Shown: in pieces, positions 48,819 to 58,552 of the stretch | How the letters are laid out: the number at the start of each line of letters is the position of its first letter | Numbering within the stretch: position 1 is the stretch's first letter | Source of the DNA: an uncultured delta proteobacterium | Lineage (GTDB): Bacteria > Desulfobacterota > WTBG01 > CAIYCZ01 | Length of the DNA: 64,000 nt | Assembly (NCBI GenBank): GCA_963803975.1 | Contig: CAWDOY010000012.1 | Coordinates: forward strand, 8,486 to 72,485 | Direction of reading: 5' to 3' | Program-made: the position numbers and the translations under genes | The notes under the pieces: generated by a model | Seen by the model: only the letters and a program-made list of their open reading frames with translations | What the model was told of the DNA's origin: nothing | Databases searched by the model: none

Positions 48819-49481
48819 TCATACCGGCTTAATTCCCGTCACTCGCAAACCGAGTGCTGTTTCGACAACCTCGCATCCGGCGAGTTCCGTCATGTTGAGT
48901 AAAGCCTTTACCTCTGCCATGGTGTAGGCAGCGCCGATTGAGGCTCGGAGACTTTCCAGGATCAGTTCGGACTTCACCCTTTGCTCGAGGAAGTTGCAGG
49001 CCGAGCGTGACAGGTCCCGGCGAAGATCGGACACGTATAATCTTCCGCCGGGCTTCAGGACCCTCCAAAGCTCGGTGAAGATCGTACCTGGATTGAGCCA
49101 CTCATGCAGCGAGCGGCTGGTAAAGACCGCGTCGAAGGCATTGTCCTCAAAGGGTATTGCCGCCGCGGAGCCAAGGAGTTGTTCAACGCGGTCGGCGAGT
49201 CCCAGTTCCCGCGCGTGATTCCTGGCTATCGCGACCATGTCCGGGCTTATGTCAAGACCGACGAGGCGGGTATCCCTTGTTTGCAGCAACCATTCCAGCC
49301 CGAGATAACCGGGTCCCGATCCGACCTCCAGCGCAAATCCACTCACAATGCCATTGAGCAGGAGATCCCCGGTCTCAAGCCATCCCTGCTCTCGGAGAGA
49401 TGCCTGCATCCGGTCATAGTTTTCGGCATAGGCACGACCTGAAATCGTATGGTTTGTCTCCGGAACCCTTGGTTTTGTCAT
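48819..49481 (-). CDS. Class I SAM-dependent methyltransferase
   Basis: ALEVGSGPG, GLDISPDM, IPFEDNAFDAV, SLHEW, RVLKPGG. Confidence 0.92.
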   Translation of the reverse strand: MTKPRVPETNHTISGRAYAENYDRMQASLREQGWLETGDLLLNGIVSGFALEVGSGPGYLGLEWLLQTRDTRLVGLDISPDMVAIARNHARELGLADRVEQLLGSAAAIPFEDNAFDAVFTSRSLHEWLNPGTIFTELWRVLKPGGRLYVSDLRRDLSRSACNFLEQRVKSELILESLRASIGAAYTMAEVKALLNMTELAGCEVVETALGLRVTGIKPV

Positions 49482-49744
49482 TGGTCTCGACTGAGAGGAA
49501 ACTCGCTTTGGGATGAGGCGAATATAGGACGAGGGCTGTTGTGTGTCAATAAAAAGTTCGCCGCAAGATATGGGCAGGGGTTATTCAGACCAAAAACAGC
49601 GGGGCGATTAAAACACACATCGTTCTTGCAAATTGAATTCCGCTGGCATACAACAAACGTATGATTCAGGAAGGCGCCGGTAGGTGCGCAGGAGCGCGAC
49701 ATAATCTAAGCAGTGAAACCGTGCGAACGGATCACAGGGTATTT

Positions 49745-51223
49745 ATGAAGTTGTTTTCAACAATCCTTTTACTCATCGTATGCAGCTGCACTATGGGCTG
49801 TTCGGCCTCAAAAACCCTGTTTTTCCCCGATGTCGCGCTTTCCCGCACGCCACAGGAAATCCGCTATGACGTGAACGGCAATGGCAGGGCCGACTTTGCG
49901 CTGCAGGCCGATGCAGACAACCGGGCGACCACGCTTGCCTATGCCCATGAACAAGACGGACGATATGCCCGAATCTACCGCATAAATGACTATGCACCAG
50001 ACAGTGTGCCGCACCTGATTATTCTGCTGGATTCAATCCCCTATCAGTGCGTGCTTGATGTTTATAATGCCGGCCGTTTCAGCTGGTTCCCGCCGCCCCA
50101 GAAGGTGATCGCTCCCTTCCCGACGATGAGCGCCGTTATTTTCAACCAGATTCTTCAGGCCCCTCCGCTTGCGGGAACAAACAATTATTTCTACGATCAG
50201 CGCACCAATCGGATCTGTAATCGCTTCTGGGATGCTGCCACGGGCGGCAAGACCACCTGGCAGCGCTACCTGCACTATAACGCTGACTATATGAGGGAAG
50301 GGCTGGGGTTTATAAACACGCGGAAGACATTCCGCCGCGAATTGGAAAGCATCAAGCAGGCGTTCGACCAAAGCCCCGATCGAGTAACAATTGTTTATGT
50401 CGTCAGCTCCGCAGCCATGGCCTGCAAATATGGCAGGCAGGGCATCGATGACTGCCTGCGCGAAGTAGAGCGTCTGTGCCTTCAGCTTTTATGGGAGCGT
50501 CAGGGCGCCCTTAAAATTTCCATACTGGCTGACCACGGCCACAACCTCACGCCGTCACAGTTTGTATCTATAAAAAATATTTTAAGCGAGGCAGGATTTG
50601 CCGTGAGGGACAAAATCCAGTCGGATACCGATATCGTTATCGACACGGAGGGGCTGGTCACCTATGCGGGCATACATACGCGACGACCGGCGGCTGTTGC
50701 CGACGTGCTGCTGCAGAAGCCGCAAACGCAGCTTGCCCTGTATATGGACGGCGAACGGGTTATCGTGCGTGACAACAGGGGCTCGGCAGCAATAGAAAAA
50801 AAGGGCGGCAAAATACGCTATGTCGCCATAGACCGGGATGTGCTGAACTACCAGCCGGTAGTTACTTTGCTGACCATGTCCGGAAAGGCGGATGCGGAAG
50901 GCTTTGCATCATCAGACGACTGGTTTATTGCAACGGTTGACCATGAATGGCCGAATGCCCCCCCCCGGATATGGGATGCCTTTCACGGCATTGTCGTTTG
51001 CCCGTCCGACCTGATGATAACCCTCAAGGATGGATACGTGAGCGGGTATCCCCTCTTTAAAGCCTTTATCGACATGGCCTCTTCACATGGAGGGCTCAAC
51101 CAGATGAGCAGCGCGACATTTCTGCTGAGCATGACCGGACGGGCAACCCGGCCGTTGCGAAGCGGGGAAGTCCTGCAGACGATCGAGCCTGGTTATATGC
51201 CCGCCATCCGCCCGGGAAAATAA
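49745..51223 (+). CDS. Lipoprotein of the alkaline-phosphatase/nucleotide-pyrophosphatase superfamily
   Basis: Signal/lipobox ..TMGC from ATG 49745; LIILLDS, PFPTMS, ILADHGH, SSHGGL. Confidence 0.65.
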   Translation: MKLFSTILLLIVCSCTMGCSASKTLFFPDVALSRTPQEIRYDVNGNGRADFALQADADNRATTLAYAHEQDGRYARIYRINDYAPDSVPHLIILLDSIPYQCVLDVYNAGRFSWFPPPQKVIAPFPTMSAVIFNQILQAPPLAGTNNYFYDQRTNRICNRFWDAATGGKTTWQRYLHYNADYMREGLGFINTRKTFRRELESIKQAFDQSPDRVTIVYVVSSAAMACKYGRQGIDDCLREVERLCLQLLWERQGALKISILADHGHNLTPSQFVSIKNILSEAGFAVRDKIQSDTDIVIDTEGLVTYAGIHTRRPAAVADVLLQKPQTQLALYMDGERVIVRDNRGSAAIEKKGGKIRYVAIDRDVLNYQPVVTLLTMSGKADAEGFASSDDWFIATVDHEWPNAPPRIWDAFHGIVVCPSDLMITLKDGYVSGYPLFKAFIDMASSHGGLNQMSSATFLLSMTGRATRPLRSGEVLQTIEPGYMPAIRPGK

Positions 51224-51502
51224 CCCGAAATTCTCATTCAATATCCTGCATAAAAAAATTCAAAACTAACTGGACCGGTAGATTTACGGAATAAGGAAAT
51301 AGATAGCATATAGAGACGGGTTTGATCTTTTTTTTATTTTCTTTTAAAGGTCCAAGCATGCGATAGAGAGAGATACTTTGACACCCCTCTTGTATACACC
51401 CCTCACCCGGTTGACGAAGAAGAATAACCGATCCTGTGAATGCCCCAGTATAAACCAGGGGCAGCACCATTAACAGTGTTACCCCTGGTTCTGGTTGCGT
51501 AT

Positions 51503-51609
51503 AGGTCGCGAGTTCGAGCCTCGTCGTCCCCGCCAGTTTCTGATAGTAGAACAGGGAGTTAGCTAATCAGGCTGACTCCTTGTTTTGCTTCTGCCTCTCT
51601 GGAAGTCCC
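51503..51609 (+). repeat. 107-bp direct repeat, right copy (tRNA-Asp 3' 33 nt plus terminator)
   Basis: AGGTCGCGAGTTCGAGCCTCGTCGTCCCCGCCA...GGAAGTCCC; matches 16619-16725. Confidence 0.95.
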
Positions 51610-51798
51610 GGTTATGGGCTGCCCGCAAACCGTGAAACACAAAAACCGCTATTGGCCATTTTGTTATTTTCATTGACAATCAGGCCAGTCATTCCCGGCC
51701 TTCCCTGATGGTTATCGCGCTATTTTATTCGGGCCAAAAAAGCAGTTAGTGTTTTTGTGGCAAATCAAGAGTATGCCTTTTATTCCTTTTTTATTCCT

Positions 51799-51826
51799 TT
51801 GATATTTTTAAAACTTTAGATATAAT
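51799..51826 (+). promoter_or_regulatory. Putative sigma70 promoter of the helicase gene
   Basis: TTGATA-N16-TATAAT. Confidence 0.45.
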
Positions 51827-51981
51827 TGTGGCGGTTTTTCACTCACGGTGAACGGAAGGGGATCATGATAGAACCTGTTGCCACGGGAAATGCGTAAAGC
51901 AGTTTTTCCATGCGCCGGTGTTCTCCCCTCTATTTTTCGCATGGCATAGGGCGATGGTACTGCACAGGAGAAAAAAGCAAA

Positions 51982-53649
51982 ATGAATTTTTCAGAACTTA
52001 ACCTTAATGAAAACCTGATGAGGGGCATCGAGGATGCCGGCTTTACGGAGTGCCTGCCGGTGCAGGAGCGCACCTACGTGCACACGCTCAAAGGCCGGGA
52101 CGTCATGGTGCAATCGCAGACCGGCTCAGGAAAAACAGCAGCGTTCCTGGTATCGATATTCCAGCTCTTCAGCCAGGACAGCTACAAAAACCCGAAGCGG
52201 GCACTCATCATCGCGCCAACCAGGGAGCTCGCCATACAGATCGAGGATGAGGCAAAAATCCTCGGTGCGCACCTGCCCTACCGGACCGGCTGTTTCTACG
52301 GCGGGGTGGGATACGACCGGCAGGAGCATCTCCTGCAGAAGGGGGTTGACATCATCGTCGGCACACCAGGGCGGCTCATCGACTTTAACCAGTCGCGAAA
52401 ACTCAAGTTCGACGATATCGGCTTGCTCATCATTGACGAGGCCGACCGGCTCTTCGACATGGGGTTTCTCCCCGACATCCGGCGGATGGTAAAAAAGATG
52501 CCTGACGTCAGTCACCGCCAGACCATGCTTTTCAGCGCAACGCTCACCGGCCGGGTGCGGGAACTGGCGATGGAGTATATGAACGACCCGGTCGAGATCG
52601 AGGTTGCGCCGGAGCAGGTAACCGTCGATTCCGTCACGCAGGAGCTCTACCACGTCGGCAGGGACGAGAAGCTGAGCCTGCTCCTCGGCCTGCTGAGGAA
52701 GGAGAGCCCGTCCAGCGCGCTTATCTTCACCAACATGAAGAGCACGGCCATCAGGGTGGCCCAGCGGCTGGCGCACAACGGCTTCGGTTGCGAGTACATC
52801 ATCGGCGACCTCCCCCAGCAGAAGCGGCTGACGATCATCAACGCGATGAAATCCGGAAAAATACGCTTTCTCGTCGCCACCGATGTCGCTGCGCGCGGCT
52901 TGCACATCAATGACCTCGATCTCGTTGTGAACTACGACCTTCCGGCAGACCCGGAGGCGTACGTCCACCGGATCGGCCGCACCGCCCGTGTCGGTAAGAA
53001 AGGAAAAGCCATAACCCTGGTCTGTGAGCGCTACGTGTACGGCCTGGAAGCTATCGAGTCGCTTATCAATATCAAAATCCCGGTTGCGTTTGCTGAAGAG
53101 GCAGAGTATGCCGATGATAAATCACGAGGCATGCGCTTCCACGAGGAGAAACGGGGACGAGGCCCGGAGAAGAGAACTGATCGCGGCGGAAAACCAAGGT
53201 ATGCCGAAAGGCAGAAGCGCCCGGAAAGGCCAGGACACGCCGAGAGGCCCCAACACGCCGGGAAAACGGGGCAAACGGAGAAACCGCGTCACATCGAGCG
53301 GCCGAAACACGCTGAAAAACCGTTGGTCGGGCGGGAACACGCTGCAGCGGCCGTACCCGGAGAGGCCGATACAAGAAAGAGAAAAATGATAAAGCCCGCA
53401 GCGGAGCATAGCCGCCGTCCTGAGCGAGCAAGGCTGCCGGCGGGTGAACCCCGCCATCACGAGGAAAAAAAGCAGCAGAGAAAAGACCCGGACCGTAAAC
53501 AGCCCATTGAAAACCGGCTTGATTACTACCGGAAAAAGTACGGTGAAGACTTCAAGCCGTCCACGGTGCCGAAGAAGCGCAAGCGTACGAAGCTGCTCGA
53601 TACGCTCAAGGGAATTTTTTCCCGCAAGAAACCTGCAAAAAAATCCTGA
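51982..53649 (+). CDS. DEAD-box RNA helicase (RhlB-like) with basic C-terminal tail
   Basis: QTGSGKT, PTRELA, TPGRL, DEAD, SAT, ARGL, HRIGRTAR; RBS AGGAG before ATG 51982. Confidence 0.95.
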   Translation: MNFSELNLNENLMRGIEDAGFTECLPVQERTYVHTLKGRDVMVQSQTGSGKTAAFLVSIFQLFSQDSYKNPKRALIIAPTRELAIQIEDEAKILGAHLPYRTGCFYGGVGYDRQEHLLQKGVDIIVGTPGRLIDFNQSRKLKFDDIGLLIIDEADRLFDMGFLPDIRRMVKKMPDVSHRQTMLFSATLTGRVRELAMEYMNDPVEIEVAPEQVTVDSVTQELYHVGRDEKLSLLLGLLRKESPSSALIFTNMKSTAIRVAQRLAHNGFGCEYIIGDLPQQKRLTIINAMKSGKIRFLVATDVAARGLHINDLDLVVNYDLPADPEAYVHRIGRTARVGKKGKAITLVCERYVYGLEAIESLINIKIPVAFAEEAEYADDKSRGMRFHEEKRGRGPEKRTDRGGKPRYAERQKRPERPGHAERPQHAGKTGQTEKPRHIERPKHAEKPLVGREHAAAAVPGEADTRKRKMIKPAAEHSRRPERARLPAGEPRHHEEKKQQRKDPDRKQPIENRLDYYRKKYGEDFKPSTVPKKRKRTKLLDTLKGIFSRKKPAKKS

Positions 53650-53826
53650 AGCAGCAGGTGCAAAGACAGGTCAGGCCCTGCAAGAGAGATATGCTGGTAA
53701 TTGTTTATCGTTACCTGCTGTTTTCTCTGCCGTCACCAGCACCCCTTCCCGCTATCTTTGGCGGTAAAGCCCGCGATAATGAAATAAAGCGTGCAGTACA
53801 GAATCCATACTGGGGAGCCGGTATTT

Positions 53827-54243
53827 TCAGGGTGCGCTCAATTTTTCCCGGGCAGTCTGATATTTTTGCATCCTTTCAATATCACGCTCAGTCACATTTT
53901 CAATACGCCGGATGTCCATGTTGTCCTCCAGGTCAGCCAGCTTCACTTTGACAGCGAGCGGATTGTGTCTGAGGCGATTAATAAAGATTTCATACGCCTC
54001 ACCCTCCCTGCGCGTCAGATGGTCAACCGCCGCGATAACCTCCTCTGAGAACCCCTCGGCGCGAAGATCAGCCAGGGTCACGCTGCTGTCCTCCACGACG
54101 TCATGCAGCACCGCTGCAATCATCCCGGCTTGACTGTCCATTTTCATCATTATTCTGAGAGGATGTAAAATATACGGCGCGCCGGCTTTATCTTTTTGTC
54201 CCGCATGGGCTTTTACTGCACATTGAATCGCTTTTTCCAGCAT
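53827..54243 (-). CDS. HD-domain protein, small (p)ppGpp-hydrolase-like
   Basis: AHAGQKDKAGAPYILHP, AAVLHDVVED, VKLADLEDN. Confidence 0.85.
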   Translation of the reverse strand: MLEKAIQCAVKAHAGQKDKAGAPYILHPLRIMMKMDSQAGMIAAVLHDVVEDSSVTLADLRAEGFSEEVIAAVDHLTRREGEAYEIFINRLRHNPLAVKVKLADLEDNMDIRRIENVTERDIERMQKYQTAREKLSAP

Positions 54244-54482
54244 ACTATACTATTTCCTGCTCTTCCTTACATCCTGATAACGTTATTTTTATCAATGCTC
54301 AAAATTTGAGCAATGTGCTGAATCTCTTTTTGCTGTGCGGCTCTGAATTGTTTTGAACCGGGGTTTATAACAGGATTTCCACAAAAGCTGTGGAATTTTA
54401 TGTTACGGTAGCATATGATAATTTAAAAAGCATTGGTATAGTATCATTAAGATTCCGAATCCCCGGCTCTGGTAAAACAGGT

Positions 54483-55313
54483 ATGATGGAAAATAATAAA
54501 TATCTGCGCTTGTTCCCGCTTCTTTGTTTTGTTTTTGTTTTCCCTATCCTTTCTCTTTGTTCAGCCGGCAGCGCGGCAACCCTTTATGAGCGCTCTCTTG
54601 AAAAATTTCAGGCCAAGGCAGAAAAGGCTTCATCAAAAGAGTTTGTTTTCGTGGTCCTCGGGGACAGCAGGGATAATGATAAAATTTATAAAAAATCTCT
54701 TACTCTTGCCGCACAGTTCAACCCGCTCTTTATCCTGCACACCGGCGATATCAGCAACACAGGCAGCAAAAAAGAACTGGATCACTTTCTATCACTGTCG
54801 GAGAATACGATACCTGACATTCCCCTGTTTGTTGTTTTCGGTAACCATGAATTACATGACGGCAAAAAATTGTTTGAGCAGACGATAGGTCCGCTCAACT
54901 ATGTTTTTGAAAGTGCTAAGCTGAATATTAAAACTATTGTGCTGGACAATGCAGAGTACTCTTTGAAGCCTGACCAGTTGAACTACCTGCGCAGCCAGCT
55001 TCTTAACCGACGGGTTTTTACCTTTGTTGCCATGCACATACCTCCTAAAACCAGGCGGTGGACATGGCATTCCTTCTCAGATGGTGCAGATGATTTGATG
55101 CAGACATTATCCGCCGGCAAAGTAAGCCTCTCTTTTTTTGGACATATTCATCAGTGCGATGAGGATGAAATCAAGGGCGTGAAATGTATAGTTAGCGGCG
55201 GAGCCGGCGCTCCGCTTAACAGATTTTTCCTTCCCGGGAAACCGGTGTATCACATAATAGTGGTAAAAGTTAAAGACGGAACGGTTTCATATACTGTCGA
55301 AAACGTCCTGTAA
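54483..55313 (+). CDS. Secreted calcineurin-like metallophosphoesterase
   Basis: GDSR, HTGD, GNHE, MHIP, GHIH, SGGAG; start uncertain (54390-54486). Confidence 0.9.
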   Translation: MMENNKYLRLFPLLCFVFVFPILSLCSAGSAATLYERSLEKFQAKAEKASSKEFVFVVLGDSRDNDKIYKKSLTLAAQFNPLFILHTGDISNTGSKKELDHFLSLSENTIPDIPLFVVFGNHELHDGKKLFEQTIGPLNYVFESAKLNIKTIVLDNAEYSLKPDQLNYLRSQLLNRRVFTFVAMHIPPKTRRWTWHSFSDGADDLMQTLSAGKVSLSFFGHIHQCDEDEIKGVKCIVSGGAGAPLNRFFLPGKPVYHIIVVKVKDGTVSYTVENVL

Positions 55314-55376
55314 TGAACAGCAGGAACAGAACGTTCATAGCATCCTGCCGCAGATATATGCTGGAGGAATAGACCC

Positions 55377-55844
55377 TTGTATACTCAGGAACAGCTGGCA
55401 CGACGCAAAGCATCGCCATGGACACGGGTGGTCTCGGCTCTTGCTCCAACCCAATTTATAGCTTTTGTTATCAGCTTTTATTTCGTGCTGCAATTTATTT
55501 TAACAAACCAGGGATACCTTGCGGCAACCGTCAGCGTCTGGATTAAAATAATCCTGCTCTGGGCAATTACCATTGCCGGCATGCTCTGGGAAAAGGATGT
55601 CTATGATCATTATTTTATGGCGCGGGAATTCTTCTGGGAGGATTTCGGCAACCTGGTTGCCATGATAACGCACAATGCGTATTTTATAGTCCAGTATCTT
55701 GGCTGCAGCGAGCGGGACGTGATGCTGGTGATGCTGTTTGCCTATTGCACCTATCTCTTCAACTTCGGCCAGTTTATGGTGAAATATTTCAGATCGCTGC
55801 GGCAGCGATACGCGCTGGTAAAGGAGAAACGCAATACATTATAG
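55377..55844 (+). CDS. bchF: BchF-like 3-vinyl bacteriochlorophyllide hydratase
   Basis: YTQEQLARRKASPWT..LAPTQF..K..TIAGMLWEKDVY....AREFFWED....H..Y..AY.TYL.N..QF matches the BchF pattern (YTPEQ..RR..S.WT..Q..LAP.QF; G..WEK; FFWED; AY..Y..N..QF) over the full length; GGAGG RBS before TTG. Confidence 0.85.
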   Translation: MYTQEQLARRKASPWTRVVSALAPTQFIAFVISFYFVLQFILTNQGYLAATVSVWIKIILLWAITIAGMLWEKDVYDHYFMAREFFWEDFGNLVAMITHNAYFIVQYLGCSERDVMLVMLFAYCTYLFNFGQFMVKYFRSLRQRYALVKEKRNTL

Positions 55845-55925
55845 TACAGAACAGGAAACCAGCGGGAGCAGCGGCTAATTTTTTTTTAAAGTAGCTCCCA
55901 ACGGCCTGTCCAGCCTGGAATATTT

Positions 55926-56306
55926 TTATCTTTTTTTTCGCGGCTGTTTCTCTGCTGCTGAATCCTCAACCTGGTCCAGGTGCAGCTGGTGCAGGAAGCG
56001 GTGCATCACCGGGGCAAGCAGGGTCCCCGCAACAACTAAAAAGATAATCCCTGAGAAGAGCGCGTAACCGGAAGCGAAAATCTTTCCTCCGGTCGTCTGT
56101 AGTTCGTTCACCGGCCCCATGCCGCCAAGGATCATTGAGGCGTTCAGAAGAGAATCAACCCAGGGCAGCCCCTCCAGCACATGGTACCCGGTGATACCTG
56201 CGCCCAGTGAGACGAAAAGTGTGAGCAGCGCGATGAGCCAGTGCCGTAAGAGTCGGCGCACAAACAGGCGCCGGGAGAGAAGCGGCTGTGAGCGGTGCTC
56301 ATACAT
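55926..56306 (-). CDS. Small two-TM protein resembling a K+-channel pore module
   Basis: GYHVLEGLPWVDSLLNASMILGGMGP..TTGGKIFAS; TM-pore helix-TM layout without the TVGYG filter. Confidence 0.6.
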   Translation of the reverse strand: MYEHRSQPLLSRRLFVRRLLRHWLIALLTLFVSLGAGITGYHVLEGLPWVDSLLNASMILGGMGPVNELQTTGGKIFASGYALFSGIIFLVVAGTLLAPVMHRFLHQLHLDQVEDSAAEKQPRKKR

Positions 56307-56358
56307 AGATCCTACCCCTGCAGCAGTTAGTAATTAATAAATTTACTGAAGCAAAAAT

Positions 56359-58306
56359 TTATTCTGCAACCAGCCCCAGTTTCTGCATCCCGGGAATCAT
56401 ATCAGCAAGTTTCAGGTCTTCAAGAGTTTTTCTCTTCTGCAGCCCGGTTTTCACGTCCCAGCCCCGGATAGCGTAATATTCATCCAGCATCTTTTCAAAC
56501 CGGTCACGCTCAAGCACCGCGCCTTTTCGCGATATGAGCTCTCCGTTCGGCCCGGGGAGCATAAAATCAGGGTTAAAGACACCCAGGAAACCTGCTTCCT
56601 CTTCCATTTTGTCCGTGAAATAAAACTCGTTTACCCGGTCATCTTTTCTGCCCGCGCGGCCCTCTTTGCCCTGAATAGCGCGCTGCAGGTTAAATACCCG
56701 CTCCCCGGTTTTGTAATAGCCTGCTTCATCACATTCAATACCGGTCACGGCTGTTAGCAGGCGGCTCTCAAGCGTGGGGTCGCCGGTATGGTCCTCGGCT
56801 CCGTCAGCCATGGTAAGCGGATAGAAAAAGTCGCAGGCCACCAGGTTTTCCTTGGCGTACTGACGGTTCTGGATCAGTGCCGCGACATCGGCCTTCCCCT
56901 CATAGGTTGAGAAGTCAACCGCTTTCTCGCTGAGCCAGAATTTTTTTGCTGCCTTCAGCAGCACTTCGGTGCTGAACGGTGCCATGGCTCCGTCGGTCGC
57001 GTACCACATCACCCATTTCATTACCGGGAAGCACACTTCGTGCAGCTGGTTCATGGTGCTGGTCGATTCCGTGGCATAAAACAGAGCGTTGGTGATAAAG
57101 TAGCGCGGGTTGTATGCTTCAGCGTTAAACCCGCTCCGGGTCATCCGTTTTTCAAGAAGTTTTTCCGCGCCGTTGCCAACAATATGTCCCGCCCTCATCG
57201 TTCCTTCTGCCAGCGCCTCACCTATGCCCTTGCGTGAGATGATCATGTCGGTCAGCCGCTCTATGAATTCAAGGCTTCCCATCTGCGAAAGGGAAATGCC
57301 AGCGCTTTCATCGGTGATAATACCCTGCCTGACACATGCTTCAAGAAAATAGAGGAGGTTTCCCAGCTCCTGCGTGCACAGGCCGTACCTGTTGGCAAGG
57401 GATGTTGCAAGGAACGGGTCAGCAGTTGACTCGCCATGGTATTTCATGTCCCAGAGATAATACATGTAGACTGACTGGCAGTTTTTTCTGACCTCCTCCC
57501 GTCCTGACACATGTTTATACAGACCCCGCGGGCAGCCTGAAGGGCATCCCGGGCAGGGCGTCCGTTTAATGAGCTCCAGCCCTTCAACGTTGGGGTCCAT
57601 GAGAATCTTTCCTTCAATAAGAGACCTGATCTGGCTGTTCACTGCCTTGAGATCATCCGGTCGCGCCACAGAAACTTTCTGCGAGCCGGCTGCCACCACT
57701 GCCTTGAGATTTTTAGAGCCCATCACCGCGCCGAAGCCGCTCCCGCCGCACGCACCGTGATCGCTCATGGCAAGGGCAAGGCGCACCAGTTTTTCCCCGG
57801 CAGGGCCGATACACACAGCAGTTAGAAGCATCCCCGTGCGCTTTATGCAGACGCTCAAGCGTTGCAAAGGTATCCAGCCCCCAGAGCCCGGCCGCATCTT
57901 TCAGCTCCAGCTTTCCATCATTGAGGTAGATATAGACGGGCTTTGCGGCTTTGCCGGTAATAATAAGGCCGTCATAGCCTGCGGCCTTAAGCTTTACGCC
58001 AAAACTTCCGCCCACGCTTCCCAGGCCGAACTGCTCAGGATACAGGAGCGGTGACTTGCCGGCGATAAACCAGCGGCTGCCGGCGATGGCAGAGGTTCCC
58101 GCAAGCGGGCCGGTCATAAACATCAGGGGGCTGTCAGGATGCAGGGCAGCAGTTTTTGTATCAACCTCGTCCCAGTAGATTTTTGAGATAAAACCCCGCC
58201 CCCCGACAAATCTTTCCGCCAGCTCAGCAGTCAATACGGGCTGCGTTTCCCCGGTGGTGAGGTTTACCCTGAGCATAACCCCTGTCCAACCATACATTGT
58301 TGCCAT
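56359..58306 (-). CDS. Aldehyde:ferredoxin oxidoreductase (W/Mo AOR family); frameshift near 57825
   Basis: YGWTGVMLRVNLT, FVGGRG, TGPLAG, KSPL, LKAAGYDG; then CIGPAGE, GAVMGSKNLKAV, CPGCPSGC, YYAIRGWD. Confidence 0.9.
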
Positions 58307-58552
58307 GTTTTGACCCTCCTCCAGGTGTGCTGGTATTTTTAAAAACAGTTGTGCTTTTGCAGAGAAAATGTTTAAAGGAATTATTGTCTGTACTGTTCAT
58401 AGCATTATAAGGGCTGCGGTGCAAAGGCAGTTTTTGTCTATGCAGACTATCAGGCTCATCAGGCATATGCGCGCGCCCGGCACCTTGTTCCCTCCGTCCC
58501 CGGGGAATAATGATATTCAGTGGGGTAAGCAAAGAAAAACAGGCCTCAGCAC

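Larger units (their letters stand above)
16619..51609. mobile_element. Putative genomic island (~35 kb) bounded by tRNA-Asp-derived direct repeats
   Basis: The direct repeats bracket the biosynthetic cluster exactly; no integrase was seen inside. Confidence 0.65.

Noticed and set aside
51234..51470. 78-aa ORF beside the right att repeat
   Set aside because: No recognisable motif or RBS; possibly a remnant, but unsupported.
53130..53640. Quasi-repeats (RPERPGHAERPQHA..) in the helicase tail
   Set aside because: Low-complexity basic tails are normal for DEAD-box helicases.
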